Below are positions 43,386 through 57,550 of a stretch of DNA of 64,000 nucleotides, piece after piece. The stretch's first letter is position 1. Each line of letters begins with the position of its first letter. The notes under the pieces are model-generated. The model was not told the origin of the DNA and did not search any database. It saw only the letters and a list, made by a program, of their open reading frames with translations. The position numbers and the translations under genes were made by a program. The stretch is from Eledone cirrhosa. Its lineage: Eukaryota. Where the stretch lies: contig OZ024743.1 of the NCBI GenBank assembly GCA_964016885.1, positions 360,282,001-360,346,000 on the forward strand, written 5' to 3'.

Positions 43386-43635
43386 GTGAGGTTTCTATTA
43401 CAAATTGAAAAATAACCGACGTGTCCTACACGAGTTAAAGTATAAGGAAAAAAGATGAAATCGAAAATGCAACTGGAGTCTTTTAAAAAATATATATATA
43501 TTTATTTTAATTCCTCCATCTAAATTATACTTCTGAAAAGCAGAAGAACTCCGAAACCGGTAAAGGAAGCAAATAAATATATATTTTTTGGAAAAAAGAC
43601 TCCAGTTACATTTTCGATTTCATCTTTTTCCTTAT
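42462..43635. mobile_element. Two mini fold-back derivatives of the 46135-49772 family, tail-to-tail across a (TA)n tract
   Basis: 42462-42716 and 43380-43635 match the pLTR end at 49598-49772. Each carries a decayed HHR, and the microsatellite 42717-43379 lies between them. Confidence 0.8.
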
Positions 43636-43649
43636 ATATATATATATAT

Positions 43650-45987
43650 ATATTAAAATACAAATATTAATAAAATAGATATTCTTTTGATCAATTAAAT
43701 TTTATTATACATATTTCAGAGGTAGAACAGTACATCCTCATCAGACAAAATGTAATTATACATGGGATGTTAAATGGTTAATATTTACTCAAGGTAGTGA
43801 TTAACCTAAGATAAAACTCAACATTTATACCCTAATAATGAGAAAATGCGAAAACGTAATAAATTCAATAGAGGATGTGTGAGTAAGAAAGACGTTGTTA
43901 ATGTGACGGCTCTAGAGATTTTAAAATGTAGGATACTACAAGTTATGGTTATCTAGGAAAACATCTCATGGATTATAACTGTTCATGAAGTCCGCCGAAA
44001 GGGGATTTAAAGAGAGGGAATGATACTAAACAAAAATGTAATTGTAGAAATAAAAATGAGTGCCCTCTGCAAAATAATTGTCTAGATAGTAATTTGGTTT
44101 ATAAATGCACTGTAAAAACTGATCACAACACATACAACTACATAGGATCGACTTCTACATTTAAAGCTAGATTTGCGAACCATAAATGCTCATTCTCGAA
44201 CTACAACAGGAAATCATCCACTTCTTTATCACAGCTCATATGGTCATTAAAAGAAAGGAATTTAAAATACTCCATTCTTTGGACAAAACTTCGGAATTGT
44301 GGAGTTTACCGCAACTCTAGTATATCTAATAACTGCGCACTCTGTAGAAAGGAGACCCTGTTGATTATTAATAACTATGAGACCCTAATTAACAAAAAAG
44401 TGAATTTTTCTCTAGTTGACATCATAAAGCTTCGTCTATATTCTTAGCCTCCCACAAAACTAGAACAAAAGAGAAGGAAACACTAAACCATTAAAAACTT
44501 GGTTTTCAGACGTAAACAACCAACAGGGAAAAACATTAATGGCCTTTAATATTACATTTTCTTATAACTATCTATAGAAGAAATAACGCTCGAATGAATG
44601 ACACTTGTTCAATAACACGCTGACACGTTGATATACATAACATAATATTATTAACTTTGATCTATACCATTATTTCTCTATCTTTATTTTCCTATCTAAG
44701 TTTTAAATTTTAGTTTAAATATCCAACCCGTATATATTTTTCCGGAACTTATTTTTAAATGTGAATCATTCATGTGATTACATTTTTTATTTATAATATA
44801 CATGTACTTATCTTTCGTAAGTTTTTAAATATACCTACCTTATTTTTCTATCTATGATTCAAATATAGAGCAAATATGCAACCTGTAAATTATTACGGAC
44901 CTTATTTTGAACTCTGAATTATCCATGCATTTATTATTATTTTTTTTATATATATGTATGTATTTAACTGTAACACGTTTAAATCTATTATATAAGATTA
45001 TAATTGTTATCATTTATCTAATGTATACTGTATCACTAATACTTAATATATATCTATATATACCTCTCTGTATCTCTCTATACATAATTTTAGATAACTT
45101 CTAAATTTTTAGATTATTATTTATTTGGAACTGTGAATAATTCATGCATTTACACCCTTTTATATATATATATATATGTATCTATTTAACTTTAGCATGT
45201 TTGAATCTATTATTTTATATTCGTTATCATTTACCAAAAATATACTGGCTCATTAATACCTAATCGTTATTTAAATATTTCTAACAATAAGTACTTCATA
45301 AGCTTTACATACAGAAAATGTTGACATTTTTATAGGTAATCTTCGTTAAAGATTACATTTAGGATTAAATAGTCAACAGTGTAAATTTTCCTTACGCTGG
45401 CCAGGTAAATCCTTTAAATTTTATCCTCATAAAATTCAGAAGTTTAGAAATGTTAACACACTTATAGAATTTATAAAATTAATAAATATAAATAACCAGC
45501 AACTTAAAAAAAACACTAAAATATTGATTCTTCAACCATAAAATAACATAATTTAAATATTTTGAAACTTAACCGTTTAGTTTTAGGGAAAAAAATCTCT
45601 TTCTGCATATATTACTCCCCTTTATCTTTCCCTCTCTTTAAATCCTCTTTCGGCGGACTTCATGAACAGTTATAATCCATGAGATATTTTCCAAGATAAC
45701 CATAACTTGTAGTATCCTACATTTTAAGATCTCTATAGCCATCACATTAACCAACGTCTTTCTTACTCACACATTCTCTATTGAATTTATTACGTTTTCG
45801 CATTTTCTCTTTATTAGGGCATAAATGTTGAGTTTTATCTTAGGTTAATCATTTAATATCTCAAGGTATGTCATGTAACATTATATTTTGTCTGATGAGG
45901 ACGTACTGTTGTACCTCTGAAATATGTATGACAAAATTTAATTGATCAAAAGAACATCTATTTTATTAATATTTGTATTTTAATATT
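43650..45987 (+). mobile_element. 5'-truncated PLE (GIY-YIG remnant) with inverted pseudo-LTR
   Basis: Inverted arms at ~43650-44020 and ~45625-45987. 44030-44447 encodes CNCRNKNECP..LVYKC..YIGST. Confidence 0.88.
45886..45936 (+). ncRNA. Type I HHR, canonical core (mirror copy 43701-43750 -)
   Basis: ttttgt-CTGATGA-ggacgtac.tgtt.gtacctct-GAAA-TATG-TA-tg-acaaaa. Confidence 0.7.
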
Positions 45988-46074
45988 AATAACACTGGGA
46001 AATATTTTCTTGTAGAATGCTTCCAAACTACTGTAAAACTCATTCTTTGATGTACTCATTGAATCTTGTTTAAC

Positions 46075-46139
<65 letters not shown>

Positions 46140-46209
46140 GAAAAAGAGATGAAATCGAAAATGCAACTGGAGTCTTATTTTTTTTTAAAATATATATATT
46201 TATTTGGTT

Positions 46210-46247
46210 CCTTTACCGGTTTCGCAGTTCTTCTGCTTTTCAAAAGG
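46210..46247 (-). ncRNA. Minimal type I HHR, U3-A8 core
   Basis: Reverse strand: cctt-TTGAAAA-gcag.aagaa.ctgc-GAAA-CCGG-TA-aagg. Confidence 0.85.
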
Positions 46248-47274
46248 TGAGTTGAGATGGAGGGTCTGTGGTTTTTCTCACATCTGGTTGGTCTCTGAAT
46301 GTTACTTGTCTTATATAGAAAAAGTGGCTCGAAATGCCAGGTTTTTCGAGAAGTAATTTGATTGGTTTGTCAATAATTATAATAAATTTCGCGCCAGTTC
46401 GCGTTACAATAGTTCTTCAAATAAGAGAGGGGGGGGGGGGTTTGTCACAGGTTGTTTTTTCATATATGAGTGTTTGAATTTCTTTTTACTTGAAAAAAGG
46501 AGGCTCACGAAGGCTTTTTTTTGGTTGGTTATAAATGAAATTTGGTTGTCACGTGAACAAGTTTTCGTTACATTTTTGCGCCCTTATTTGGAAAACTATT
46601 CTGTAGTCTTATAGTGAATGTTATGACAATGGAGAGATAGTGGTCAAGAGAAAAGGGATTGGGAGAATTGTTCTGGTTCAGTGAATATGGCCAGCTCGCC
46701 GGGGTGTCAGAGTTCAGATTTTCTATTGAAGTGAAGATATGTATGTTTATTTGTGTGCTTGTGTATGTGTGTGTGTGTGTGTGTGTGTATGTGTGTATTG
46801 GAAGATGATTCTATTAGTAGAGATGGGGGAGGGAGTTGTGTGTGTGTGTATATGGGTGTTATGTGTGTGTGTGCGAGTATGTTAAGATGGAGAGAACATA
46901 TTTTTGTGTGTGTGTATATATATATGTGTGTAGGAAAGTGGTTCTATTAGTAGAAATGTGGAGGGAGTTGTAGGTGTGGGGGTTGTTATGTGTGTGTATG
47001 GGTGTTATGTGTGTGGGAGTATGGTTAGCATGTTAAGATGAAGAGAATATATATATATATATATTTTTTTTTTGTGTGTGTGTAGGAAAGTGATTCCTTT
47101 AGTAGGAATGTTTCTGAATGAACATATTTTCCTTACTTTTTCGTGTTTGCTGTTGTATTGTCAGTGCAAACGTATGTTAAGGTTTATTTAGTTCGGGTTT
47201 TTATTTTCTAAAGTAGAAGGTGTTATGTGTGTGTGTGTATGTCATATTATGGTGTTGACATAATGTATATTAAA

Positions 47275-48526
47275 CCTTATTTAATGTTGGTCTATATTTT
47301 TGAATAAACATATTTTCCTTATTTATTCGCATTTGTTCTGTTGTATTGTTAGCGCAAAGGTAAAATGGGAAGACTTGGAATTTGGGTGTCTTATTACTTG
47401 CGCAAAGTCTAGATGTGCACTTAGTGGTATCTGTCTCGTGGTTGGATCTCGTAATTGTTGGCGATGAACTGTCATTCTGTTTCTGAGTGTGTGTTTAGTT
47501 TGTCCTATATAATCTTCATTGCATCCTTTACATTTAATGGCATAAAGCAGATTTTTTGATGAGCAAGTGAAGTGATTTTTTACAGTAAAATTTTGTCCTG
47601 ATTTAAATGTATACGTGTTGCCTTCAATGAGGTGAGTGCAGGTTCTACAATTAGAGCGACCACATTTTTTGATACGTGGTTGTGGGTTTGTGGTAGGTAA
47701 TTTGGCATTGGGGAGTAATGTTTTCAGTGATTTTGGTTGTCTTTTGCTTTTGATTATTTTGTGTGTTTCAAGGGCTTTTTTCATTCTTGGGTTTTGTTTT
47801 AGTAGTGGGATGTTATTGTGAATAGTGTTGTAAGCTTCCGCATTTCTTGGGTTGTGTGTTGAGATATATGATATAATATTGGACGTACGCTGAATTTGTT
47901 TCTGTTTCCGTAATTCATCAATGCCTATTGCTTTAGCCCTTTCTATTCCATTATTTATTAGTAATAGTGGGTACTCTCTCTCGAGTAGAATTTCCTTTAA
48001 TTCTTGAAGTCTTTTATTTCGCGTTTCATAATTGGAGACAATTGTGCAAATTCTTCTTGCTAGGTTAAAAGGAATGTTCGTCTTCGTGTGCTTTGGATGG
48101 TTGGAGGTGAATAGCAGATATTGTTTGGAATCTGTTGGTTTGTAGTGTATGTCAGTTTCGATATTTGTGTCTTTTTTTAAGATTAAGATGTCCAGAAATG
48201 GGAGTTGATCTTGGCTGTATTCCATTGTGAATTGGATGTGGTTATTGATGCCGTTTATTAAGTTTTTGAAATCCTTCAGTTGGTCGAGTGTGTGGGACCA
48301 AAGAATGAGGCAATCATCCAAGTAGCGTTTCCAATTCTCTGATAAATATTTGTGGAAGTTCAATCCGTATTTTGATTTGGACTGTTCATATATCTGGACT
48401 TCTAAGTATGCCATGACTAAGTTGGCATAAGTTGGAGCGGCTTTCGTAACCATCGCAGTCCCCGATATTTGCTTGTAAGTATTGCCATCGAAATCAAAAA
48501 AGTTGTTCTGTAGGATGAATTTTAAT
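47275..48526 (-). pseudogene. Neptune-like PLE RT C-terminal half plus GIY-YIG, frameshift near 47400
   Basis: YKQISGTAMVTKAAPTYANL, WKRYLDD, LPFLDI, YKPTDSKQYL, KCGRSNCRTC, LLYAIKC..YIGQT. Confidence 0.92.
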
Positions 48527-48722
48527 ATATACATTATGTCAACACCATAATATGACATACACACACACACATAACACCTTCTACTTTAGAAAATAAAAAC
48601 CCGAACTAAATAAACCTTAACATACGTTTGCACTGACAATACAACAGCAAACACGAAAAAGTAAGGAAAATATGTTCATTCAAAAATATTCCTACTAAAG
48701 GAATCACTTTCCTACACACACA

Positions 48723-48762
<40 letters not shown>

Positions 48763-49009
48763 TCTTCATCTTAACATGCTAACCATACTCCCACACACAT
48801 AACACCCATACACACACATAACAACCCCCACACCTACAACTCCCTCCCCATTTCTACTAATAGAACCACTTTCCTACACACATATATATATACACACACA
48901 CAAAATATATATTCTCTCTATCTTAACATACTCGCACACACACACATAACACCCATATACTCACACACACAACTCCCTCCCCCATCTCTACTAATAGAAT
49001 CATCTTCCA

Positions 49010-49081
<72 letters not shown>

Positions 49082-49789
49082 ACACACAAGCACACAAATA
49101 AACATACATATCTTCACTTCAATAGAAAATCAGAACTCTGACACCCCGGCGAGCTCTGCCTTATTCACTGAACCAGAACGATTCTCCCAATCCCTTTTCT
49201 CTTGACCACTATCTCTCCATTGTCATAACATTCACTAGAAAGACTACAGAATAGTTTTCCAAATAAGGGCGCAAAAATATAATGAGAACTTGTTCACGTG
49301 ACAGCCAAATTTCATTTATAACCAACCAAATAAAAAGCCTTCGTGAGCCTCCTTTTTTCAAGTAAAAAGAAATTCAAACACTCATATATGAAAAAAACAA
49401 CCTGTGACAACCCCCCCTCTCTTATTTGAAGAACTATTGTAACGCGAACTGGCGCGAAATTTTTATAATGATTGACAAACCAATCAAATTACTTCTCGAA
49501 AAACCTGGCATTTCGAGCCACTTTTTCTATATAAGACAAGTAACATTCAGAGACCAACCAGATGTGAGAAAAACCACAGACCCTCCATCTCAACTCACCC
49601 TTTGAAAAGCAGAAGATCTGCGAAACCGGTAAAGGAACCAAATAAATATATATATTTAAAAAAAAAATAAGACTCCAGTTGCATTTTCGATTTCATCTCT
49701 TTTTCTTTATACTTTCACTCGTGTAGGACACCTCGGTTATTTTTCATTTTGTAAAAAAAACCTCACTTTCTAATATATATATATATATA

Positions 49790-51270
49790 TTTATTAAAAT
49801 AACAGATTAAAGTTTAAGCAAAGAATCGCTGCTTTCACCCTTAATGGGATCTTCTGAAACTAACAAAGTCAATCTGTAAACGCAGAACTGGATAATTCAA
49901 AAAAAGTTGCAGCCGGAGGAAGACAGGAAGACGATACTTTGGTTCGTGGTAACGTTCGCTGGCAAAGAACGGGAAAAAACGAATAATACGTCATTAATAG
50001 GAGCGGTGAAAAACAATTACGCGCAAAGACAAAACCACGTTTATGGTATAAAAGAGGTCGTAGGCTAATGTTCTCTTAGGTGGTGCATAGAGACGTTCTC
50101 TGGCAATGAACGAAAAAACGAAGATAATAAGTCATATGTGGAGCGTGGAGAACAATAGCACGCAAAGACAAAACCACATAAATGGTATAGCAGAAATCGT
50201 AGACTAAAATTCTAACTAGGAGACCAAATGAATCTCCGCTACAGAGTTAAGAACAAAGTAAATAAATACAATACAGAAGTAATAGAAACAAATAAATACA
50301 TACACGCAAACGGATACGTACATACACAAGCATACGTAAAACCTTACCATGGGTATACAAAACCACGCACATATAAATGTGTGTGTGTGTGTGTATGCTT
50401 GTGTACAAATAAATAAATAATTATATAAACGTATATAAGTAAATAAATACGTATATAACAAGCGCACACGCATACCTACATATACATACACGAATGTTCG
50501 GAGACGTAAGTCAACTAAAACAAGAAGTACACATATACACACACCCACCATACGTACGAACCTGCACACTCACGCGGACGCAAAACTCCCGTATACACAT
50601 AGCCAAACCCTAAATACCAGAATATGTAAAAATTATACGCTATAACAGTCAAATATACGTACGAGAAGGTATACATACTTTCACAAAACATACGGGTAAT
50701 ATATACTTACCTATGCAAATAAGTAAAGGAATAAACAAAACATATACTTAGCTCCCACATCAAGACGTAAATTATCCACGTATAGATCGTGCTATCCGTT
50801 AGGGTATAACGTGGGGCTGTAATACAGGAAAGTTTTGTGCAATTTATGTTTACAAGCCGAAATTGACTCAGATTTTTTGTTTAAGATGTGGTCTGTAGCG
50901 TAGAGTATTTCGAGGGCCTCAGCGGCGCAGAGGTCACATGGTCTTTTATTTCCGTTATACGATCTAGCCCTAGCTAGGATCTCCCAGTGTAACTTATATT
51001 GGGTGTGGTTGTCTTTTAGACTCCAGATATAAGCTGAAAGTGACGTCATATTCATTCTTAGAGGGTAACGAAAAGAATGTGTATCCCGTTCTTTGCCAGC
51101 GAACGTTACCACGAACCAAAGTATCGTCTTCCTGTCTTCCTCCGGTTGCAACGTTTTTTGAAATATCCAGTTCTGCGTTTACAGATTGACTTTGTTAGTT
51201 TCAGAAGATCCCGTTAAGGGTGAAATCAGCGAGTCTTTGCTTAAACTTTAATCTGTTATTTTAATAAATA
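49790..51270 (-). mobile_element. 5'-truncated PLE (GIY-YIG tail at 50792-51085) with inverted pseudo-LTR
   Basis: Inverted arms at 49790-49975 and 51086-51270. Translation HSFR..TSLSAYIWSLKD..CDLCAAE..CKHK. Confidence 0.88.
49811..49861 (-). ncRNA. HHR-like motif with CAGAAGA (U4A) core (copies 51197-51247 + and 20495-20545 +)
   Basis: Reverse strand: agttt-CAGAAGA-tccc.attaa.gggt-GAAA-gca.gcgattctt.tgc-TT-aaact. Confidence 0.6.
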
Positions 51271-51354
51271 TTTGCTCTACGGTTCTTATATATTTGATAT
51301 ATATTTTTCCTTATCGAGCCCTCTTTGGATTTTAGTCTTCAATTTTATTATTAT

Positions 51355-51358
<4 letters not shown>

Positions 51359-51433
<75 letters not shown>

Positions 51434-51441
51434 TATATATG

Positions 51442-51484
<43 letters not shown>

Positions 51485-51915
51485 ATATATATATATATGT
51501 ATGTATATATATATGTATATATATATATGTATGTATATATATATATATAAATATATATATATATATGTACGTATATATATATATGTATGTATATTTGTAT
51601 ATATATATGTATATATATATGTGTATATATATATGCATATATATAAGAATATATATATGTATATATATATATGTATATATATATGTATATATATGTATAT
51701 ATATATATGTATATATGTGTATATATATATATATATATGTGTGTGTATATATATATATGTGTATATATATATATATATGTGTATATATATATATATATGT
51801 GTATATATATATATATGTGTATATATATATATATGTGTATATATATATATATATATATGTGTATATATATATATATGTGTATATATATATATATGTTTAT
51901 ATATATGTATATATA
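51359..51915. repeat. (TA)n/(TATATG)n microsatellite
   Basis: Directly visible. Confidence 0.97.
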
Positions 51916-52090
51916 TTTATAATTTTGCAATAATAATACACATACTGAATTCATCCGCCAAAAATAAGGGTTGCCTCCCGTGTCGAGCCCCACTTTGCTT
52001 TTGGTAACGGTCAATCCTTGGCCTGGCACTTGAACTATAAGCCTGTTGAGAAAGTGAGTCCTTGTTCAATCATCTTACCAACAGCTTAAC

Positions 52091-52305
52091 ATTATTTGTT
52101 TAAGCGGTGAATTGGCAGTATCGGTAGAGAGTTGGACGCCATGCTTTGACGCTTAGAGTTACTGCCCTTGCCATTCTGCGTTCAAATCCCGCCGAGGTTA
52201 ACTTTCCCTTTCATCCTTACGGGGTCGATAAAATGAAGTACCAGTAATGTACTGGGTAATTGCTGGCCTTGTGCCAAAAGTAGAAACAATTATTTGTTTA
52301 AGCGG
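52091..52305 (+). mobile_element. tRNA-derived SINE (octopus-type) with 17-bp direct repeats
   Basis: A-box TGGCAGTATCGG and B-box GTTCAAATCC precede the body CTTTCATCCTTACGGGGTCGATAAAATGAAGTACCAG, which I recall from Octopus repeats. ATTATTTGTTTAAGCGG occurs at 52091-52107 and 52289-52305. Confidence 0.8.
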
Positions 52306-53132
52306 ATAGTACTTGATTTAGGTGTCGCAGAAACCCAAATGCTGGATTTTCACCAACCATCCAGGGGTCCGGGTAAATTTTTCAATCATATTTTTTTATT
52401 TGTTTGACCCGAATTACTTGGGCGTTTCTATGGCTGTGCGGATAATGGTTTAACCATCGTCTCAGTGTGTTTGGCCTTTTAACGTATGTTGTAGCTCTGG
52501 TTCGTTAGAATCTATTGAGCGCTTGCCACACATCTCGGAAGTTGTTTTTCGCTAATTTCCAATAGCCGAAATACGATTCTCGCTAATTTATAATTATATG
52601 TATATATATATATGGTTCTGCCATGTATATGAAGAAATAGAAGGCAATAAAATGAAGTAAGCAGAAAATAAATAATAGATAGAGAATAAATGAAAAATTA
52701 CTGAAAAGGTAATGAAAAAGTAATGAAAAATGAATATGGAAAATGAAAAATAAAATGAAGATTCGAATAAAATAAGATAAAATGTGTGTGTGCTATAACC
52801 AATCTCAAGGTCAGAAATATGTTCGATAGATTGGTAGGAGGACAAGATGGTAAAAGAATAAAACGAAATAGGATAATCAAATAAAATGTGTCTGTGTTAT
52901 AACCAATCCCATCTTAAATATAAATATAAGGTGATAAAGTGAAGAAAACAGAACACAAATAACAAATGAATAATGAGAAATCAAAATTGAAAAATCAAGA
53001 GTCAGGTAAATAAAAATGTGTGTGTGTTATAAAGATGTTGGCCAAATTATAAAGGCTGCGTCAGAATCAATCTCTAGGTTATCATGGTGTCTGCTCAGCC
53101 TATACATATATGTATATATAAATGTATGTATA

Positions 53133-54425
53133 TATCATGGCTTGGCTTCACGAAGGAAGATTAGGAAGGTTGTCCACGTCGTCTGCAGCCACGCTCATGA
53201 CTGACAAGTCCGATGCGGGAAAGGGAGGTCCGTGAGTAGTGTCCACAGATGAAGGTAACGTCCGGTGTGGTGTCAGAGGCGACTCGGGCCTTCCTTCTGC
53301 GTCTCTTGTCTTTTTGCGCGTCTCTTCTGTCTTCCTCAAACACGCTGACCGCGTTGAAGATCGTGTGGCGCCAGGTATCACGGTCCGCATCCAGGTCTGT
53401 CCAGCATTGGTGGTCAACATGACATGCGGTTAGAGACTTTTTGAGGCAGTCTTTGTAGCGTTTCTTCAGGGCTCCTCTCTCTCGGTGGCCGGTGGAGAGT
53501 TCGCCAAACAGGGCAATCTTAGGAAGGCAATGGTTCTCCATTCTGGAGACATGCCCTGCCCATCGGAGGTGGTACTTCCGTAGCATGGCTTCAATGTTGG
53601 GGATCACGGCCTGCTCCAGAACTTCAACGTTTGTGACGAAGTTACTCCAGCGAACGTTGAGGATGGTGCGGAGACATCGCTGGTGGAAGCGCTCGAGGAG
53701 ACGGATGTGACTGCGGTAGGTAACCCAGGTCTCCGAGCCGTAGAAGAGAGTGATGAGAACCACGGCCCTGTAGACGCTGATCCTTGTCTTGTTCTTCAGG
53801 TTTTTCTTGTGCCAAACACGTTTGTACAATCTGCCAAAGGAGCTATTTGCCCTAGAGAGTCTGTTGTCAATTTCTTTGTCGATCCTTGCATCGGATTAGA
53901 TGATGCAGCCCAGGTATGTGAACTGCTGTGTTGATTTCAATTCGGTATCGCAGATAGTGATGTTGGGTGGGCGAATTCTTCTTGGGGGGCATGCTGGTGA
54001 AGAACCTCCTTCTTCTTGAGGCTAACCTCCAGACCAAAGAGCCGTGAGGCGTCCGCAAAGCAGGACGTGATGCGCTGCAGAGCTCGCTCTGTGTGGGCGA
54101 CGAGGGCAGCGTCGTCCGCGAAGAGAAGGGCTCGGATCAGCCTCTCCTGGATCTTGGTATGGGCTTGGAAGTGCCGTAGATTGAAAAGGCTGCCATCCAT
54201 ACGCTACCTGACATACACCCCATCCCCATCATCCAGATCCTCAGTTGCATGTTTGAGCATCATGCTGAAGAAGATGCTTAACGCCGTTGGAGATGGGGAA
54301 GGGCTCCGACAGGTCACCGTTGAGTCTGATCTGGCCGCGCTGGTTCTCGTGCAGCTGGATCACCATCTGTAGAAACTTGGTAGTACAGCCAAGTCGTTGC
54401 AGGATGAGCCATAGTCCTGTCCATA
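53133..54425 (-). mobile_element. RTE (BovB-like) LINE 3' fragment, frameshifted RT
   Basis: SEPFPISNGVK, GSLFNLRHF, LLFADDAALVAH, FYGSETW, LRWAGHVSRM, and a terminal C..C-type motif with SRIGLVSH. Confidence 0.9.
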
Positions 54426-54426
54426 T

Positions 54427-55995
54427 ATTTGGAAGCATTGGTTTGGCATAATGGGAATGGAGGATTTGTTTTTTGTTATTAATGGTATCTAACCAGAGCT
54501 CTGTTTCTAGTACAGGTAATCGATGGTTGGGGTGTTTGGTTGTTTGTTCTATGTGTGTGTGTGTTTTCATTTTGTCCTTAAGTGATGTTGCTGTTCCACT
54601 CATGTTTTCTATTTAATTTTGGTTGTAATTCATTTTCGATTACGTGTACTAGACACAGAGCTCTGGTTAGATACCATTAATAACAAAAAACAAATCCTCC
54701 ATTCCCATTATGCCAAACCTATGACTTCCAAATATCTGATCCACCGAAGCTCAGCTGTTTCGGACCATACCAAAATCAACATACTGATTGCGGATTTGGT
54801 ACGGGTGATGAGAAACGTGTCCCGCATGTGCAACCCCGAAGAACTAGAGAGACACATACAACACTTCATCCACCGTATGCAGTTCTCTGGTTACAATCAG
54901 GGAGATAAAATCAGAGTGTATAGAGGAGCCAGAACCAAATGGGAAAAAATGGTAAATAATGACACAAATGGGACCTTCCCCTTGTATAGGAGCAAATTTT
55001 AGAATAGAATAGAAAGAACTAGGAATAAGGCTAATAGAATAAACTCATGGTATGATAGCAATAAATACCAGAGTGTAATGTTCATCGATACAACTCCTAG
55101 AGGTGAATTAGCTTACAAATTTAGAAGGGCCCTAAATAAACATAAACTCAATATTAAGATAGTAGAAAGACCAGGTACCTCCATAAAAACACTTATTAGC
55201 AAAGCATACCCTTTTCAAAGACCTCCCTGTATAGATAAGAAATGTATAATCTGTAAATTAAGGCCCCATATTAACTGTAAAAGTAGAAATGTAGTATAGA
55301 GGATAAGATGTACTGAAGGACGATGAAGAGATAAAAATATAGTGTACATAGGTGAGACAGCTCGTAGTATAGGGGAACGGATAAATGAACACTGGCGAGA
55401 CCTTCAAGACAGTAAAGAATCATCTGTACGCTATCAACATGCTACAATAGAACATAAGGGTAAATTAGAGAACATAGAAATAAAAATAGAATCTACACAG
55501 TAAAGACGCAATGTTTAGACAAATCACAGGAAATAAACATAAATGAATTACAACCAACATTAAATAGAAAACATGAGTGGAACAGCAACTTACAATTAAG
55601 GACAAAATGAAAACACACACGCACATAGAACAAACAACCAACCAGTAACATGTAAATAAACAAATAAATAAACGAATATAAACACACACAGACACACGGA
55701 TGTAACAGATGCGCAAACTAAGCACACAACACACACACACAAAAACAAGATGGCGTAGGACAGAACAAAGAAGAGGCACAAAAACAAAGAAAAGAATCCC
55801 CAGTCACTGAAGAGGTCACAGAATGTGTGACGAAAAAACTTGGACAATATACAAACAACCATCTGGTTCTGGAACCAACCAACCAACCGGAAATTTATAA
55901 ATTCCTAAATTTATAACTTTATTATAATAAATTGAAGTGAAAGCCCCTGGTGCGTGTGTTTCTTATTGGCAACATGACCCTCCCAAAGTTTAACG
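54427..55995 (+). mobile_element. Decayed PLE of the same lineage as 37643-40962, with 5' inversion
   Basis: VLDTELW..HYAKPM..RMQFSGY..NCKSRNVV..YIGET with stops. 54427-54635 is made of inverted pieces, and a degenerate HHR lies at ~55803-55845. Confidence 0.88.
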
Positions 55996-56028
<33 letters not shown>

Positions 56029-56060
56029 GTTATGTAATAAACAACATAAGGCAATTATTC

Positions 56061-56114
56061 CATTTACCAGTGGTTTCTTAAAAGCAAAAGATTTTGCTTT
56101 CAATCCTCAGAATG
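56061..56114 (-). ncRNA. Type I HHR, canonical core
   Basis: Reverse strand: catt-CTGAGGA-ttgaaagcaaaa.tc.ttttgcttttaa-GAAA-CCACTGG-TA-aatg. Confidence 0.85.
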
Positions 56115-56224
56115 AAAAAATCCTGGTCTGTTTATTGAATTTGGATTTTAAAAACAAAAATGCAATCTATATGAAAGTGAGGCTGGAGAAGCAAGAAGGA
56201 AAGGAAAAAATAAAATAAAACTAC

Positions 56225-56295
56225 ACATGCAAACACATACACAAAAACACAAAAGTATACATACACACACACACACACACATATATATATATCTC

Positions 56296-56327
<32 letters not shown>

Positions 56328-56562
56328 CTTATAGATACATATATATATACATATACATACACTCATAAATACACACACGCACACATATATACACACATAT
56401 ATGTGTATATAAATACACACAAACACATATATACATACGCACATAAATATCAACACATCCATACATACACATACATATATACAACCACACACACATATAT
56501 ACACACATACATACACATAGAAACATAAATATAAAAACATATGCATACACACAGATACATAC

Positions 56563-56593
<31 letters not shown>

Positions 56594-57176
56594 TATATAT
56601 ATATATGTGTACAAGCATACACATACACAAACATAGCCATACACACATACATATACATACATACATACATACATGCACACAATCATACATATATACACAC
56701 GTACATACATAAATGCACTCCTCTACATATTCACACACGCAAATAAATATAAGAAAAAAAAAATATATATACATATATATATATAAAATCATTTGACAGC
56801 GATACAGAAGGCAGCTAACTGGACAGACACGCGTGGTAAGTAATACACACAAATGCACGTATACATACGTACGAAATAGTAAATACATACACGCACTCTC
56901 ACACATAAATATACATATACAAATACATAAACACATACATACACATACATGCACAAACACGCACACGCACACGTATACAATATTACACACACATATGTAT
57001 ATGTAATTATACACACACACATACATATATATATACATAAATATAAACATACACACACACACATATATGTATACATACACACATGCATATACATACATAG
57101 CTATACAATTATACACATACAAATACGTACATATCATAAACACGCACATCCAAATACAAACAAACACACAAACAAA

Positions 57177-57246
<70 letters not shown>

Positions 57247-57300
57247 TATATATATATATATATACATACACACACATACACATATACATGTGTGTGTGTG
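56225..57300. repeat. Degenerate (CA)n/(TA)n/(CATA)n low-complexity tract
   Basis: Directly visible. Confidence 0.93.
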
Positions 57301-57349
57301 TAAGACTCAGTCTTAGATAATTCATATGAACCTTACATATACATATATA

Positions 57350-57519
57350 TAGTAGTAAAGTAATAAAGTAATAAGCAACATAAGGCAATTATTCCATTCA
57401 CCAGTGGTTTCTTAAAAGCAAAAAATGTTTCCTTCAATCTTCAGAATGAAAAAAACCTGGTCTATCTACATATACATACATATACACACACAAATATATA
57501 TATATACATATATATACAC

Positions 57520-57550
<31 letters not shown>

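Larger units (their letters stand above)
46135..49772 (-). mobile_element. 5'-truncated Neptune-like PLE with ~1.15-kb inverted pseudo-LTR
   Basis: 46135-47271 is the reverse complement of ~48527-49710. HHRs lie at 46210-46247 (-) and 49598-49635 (+). Confidence 0.92.

Noticed and set aside
51950-52400. Possible structured ncRNA or second SINE around the SINE insertion
   Set aside because: Only a weak B-box-like word and short hairpins; there is no supportable fold.
55298-55330. In-frame TGA at a Cys position, suggesting selenocysteine as in Naiad PLEs
   Set aside because: The same copy has TAG stops and frameshifts, the endonuclease is C-terminal and no SECIS was seen. This is ordinary decay.
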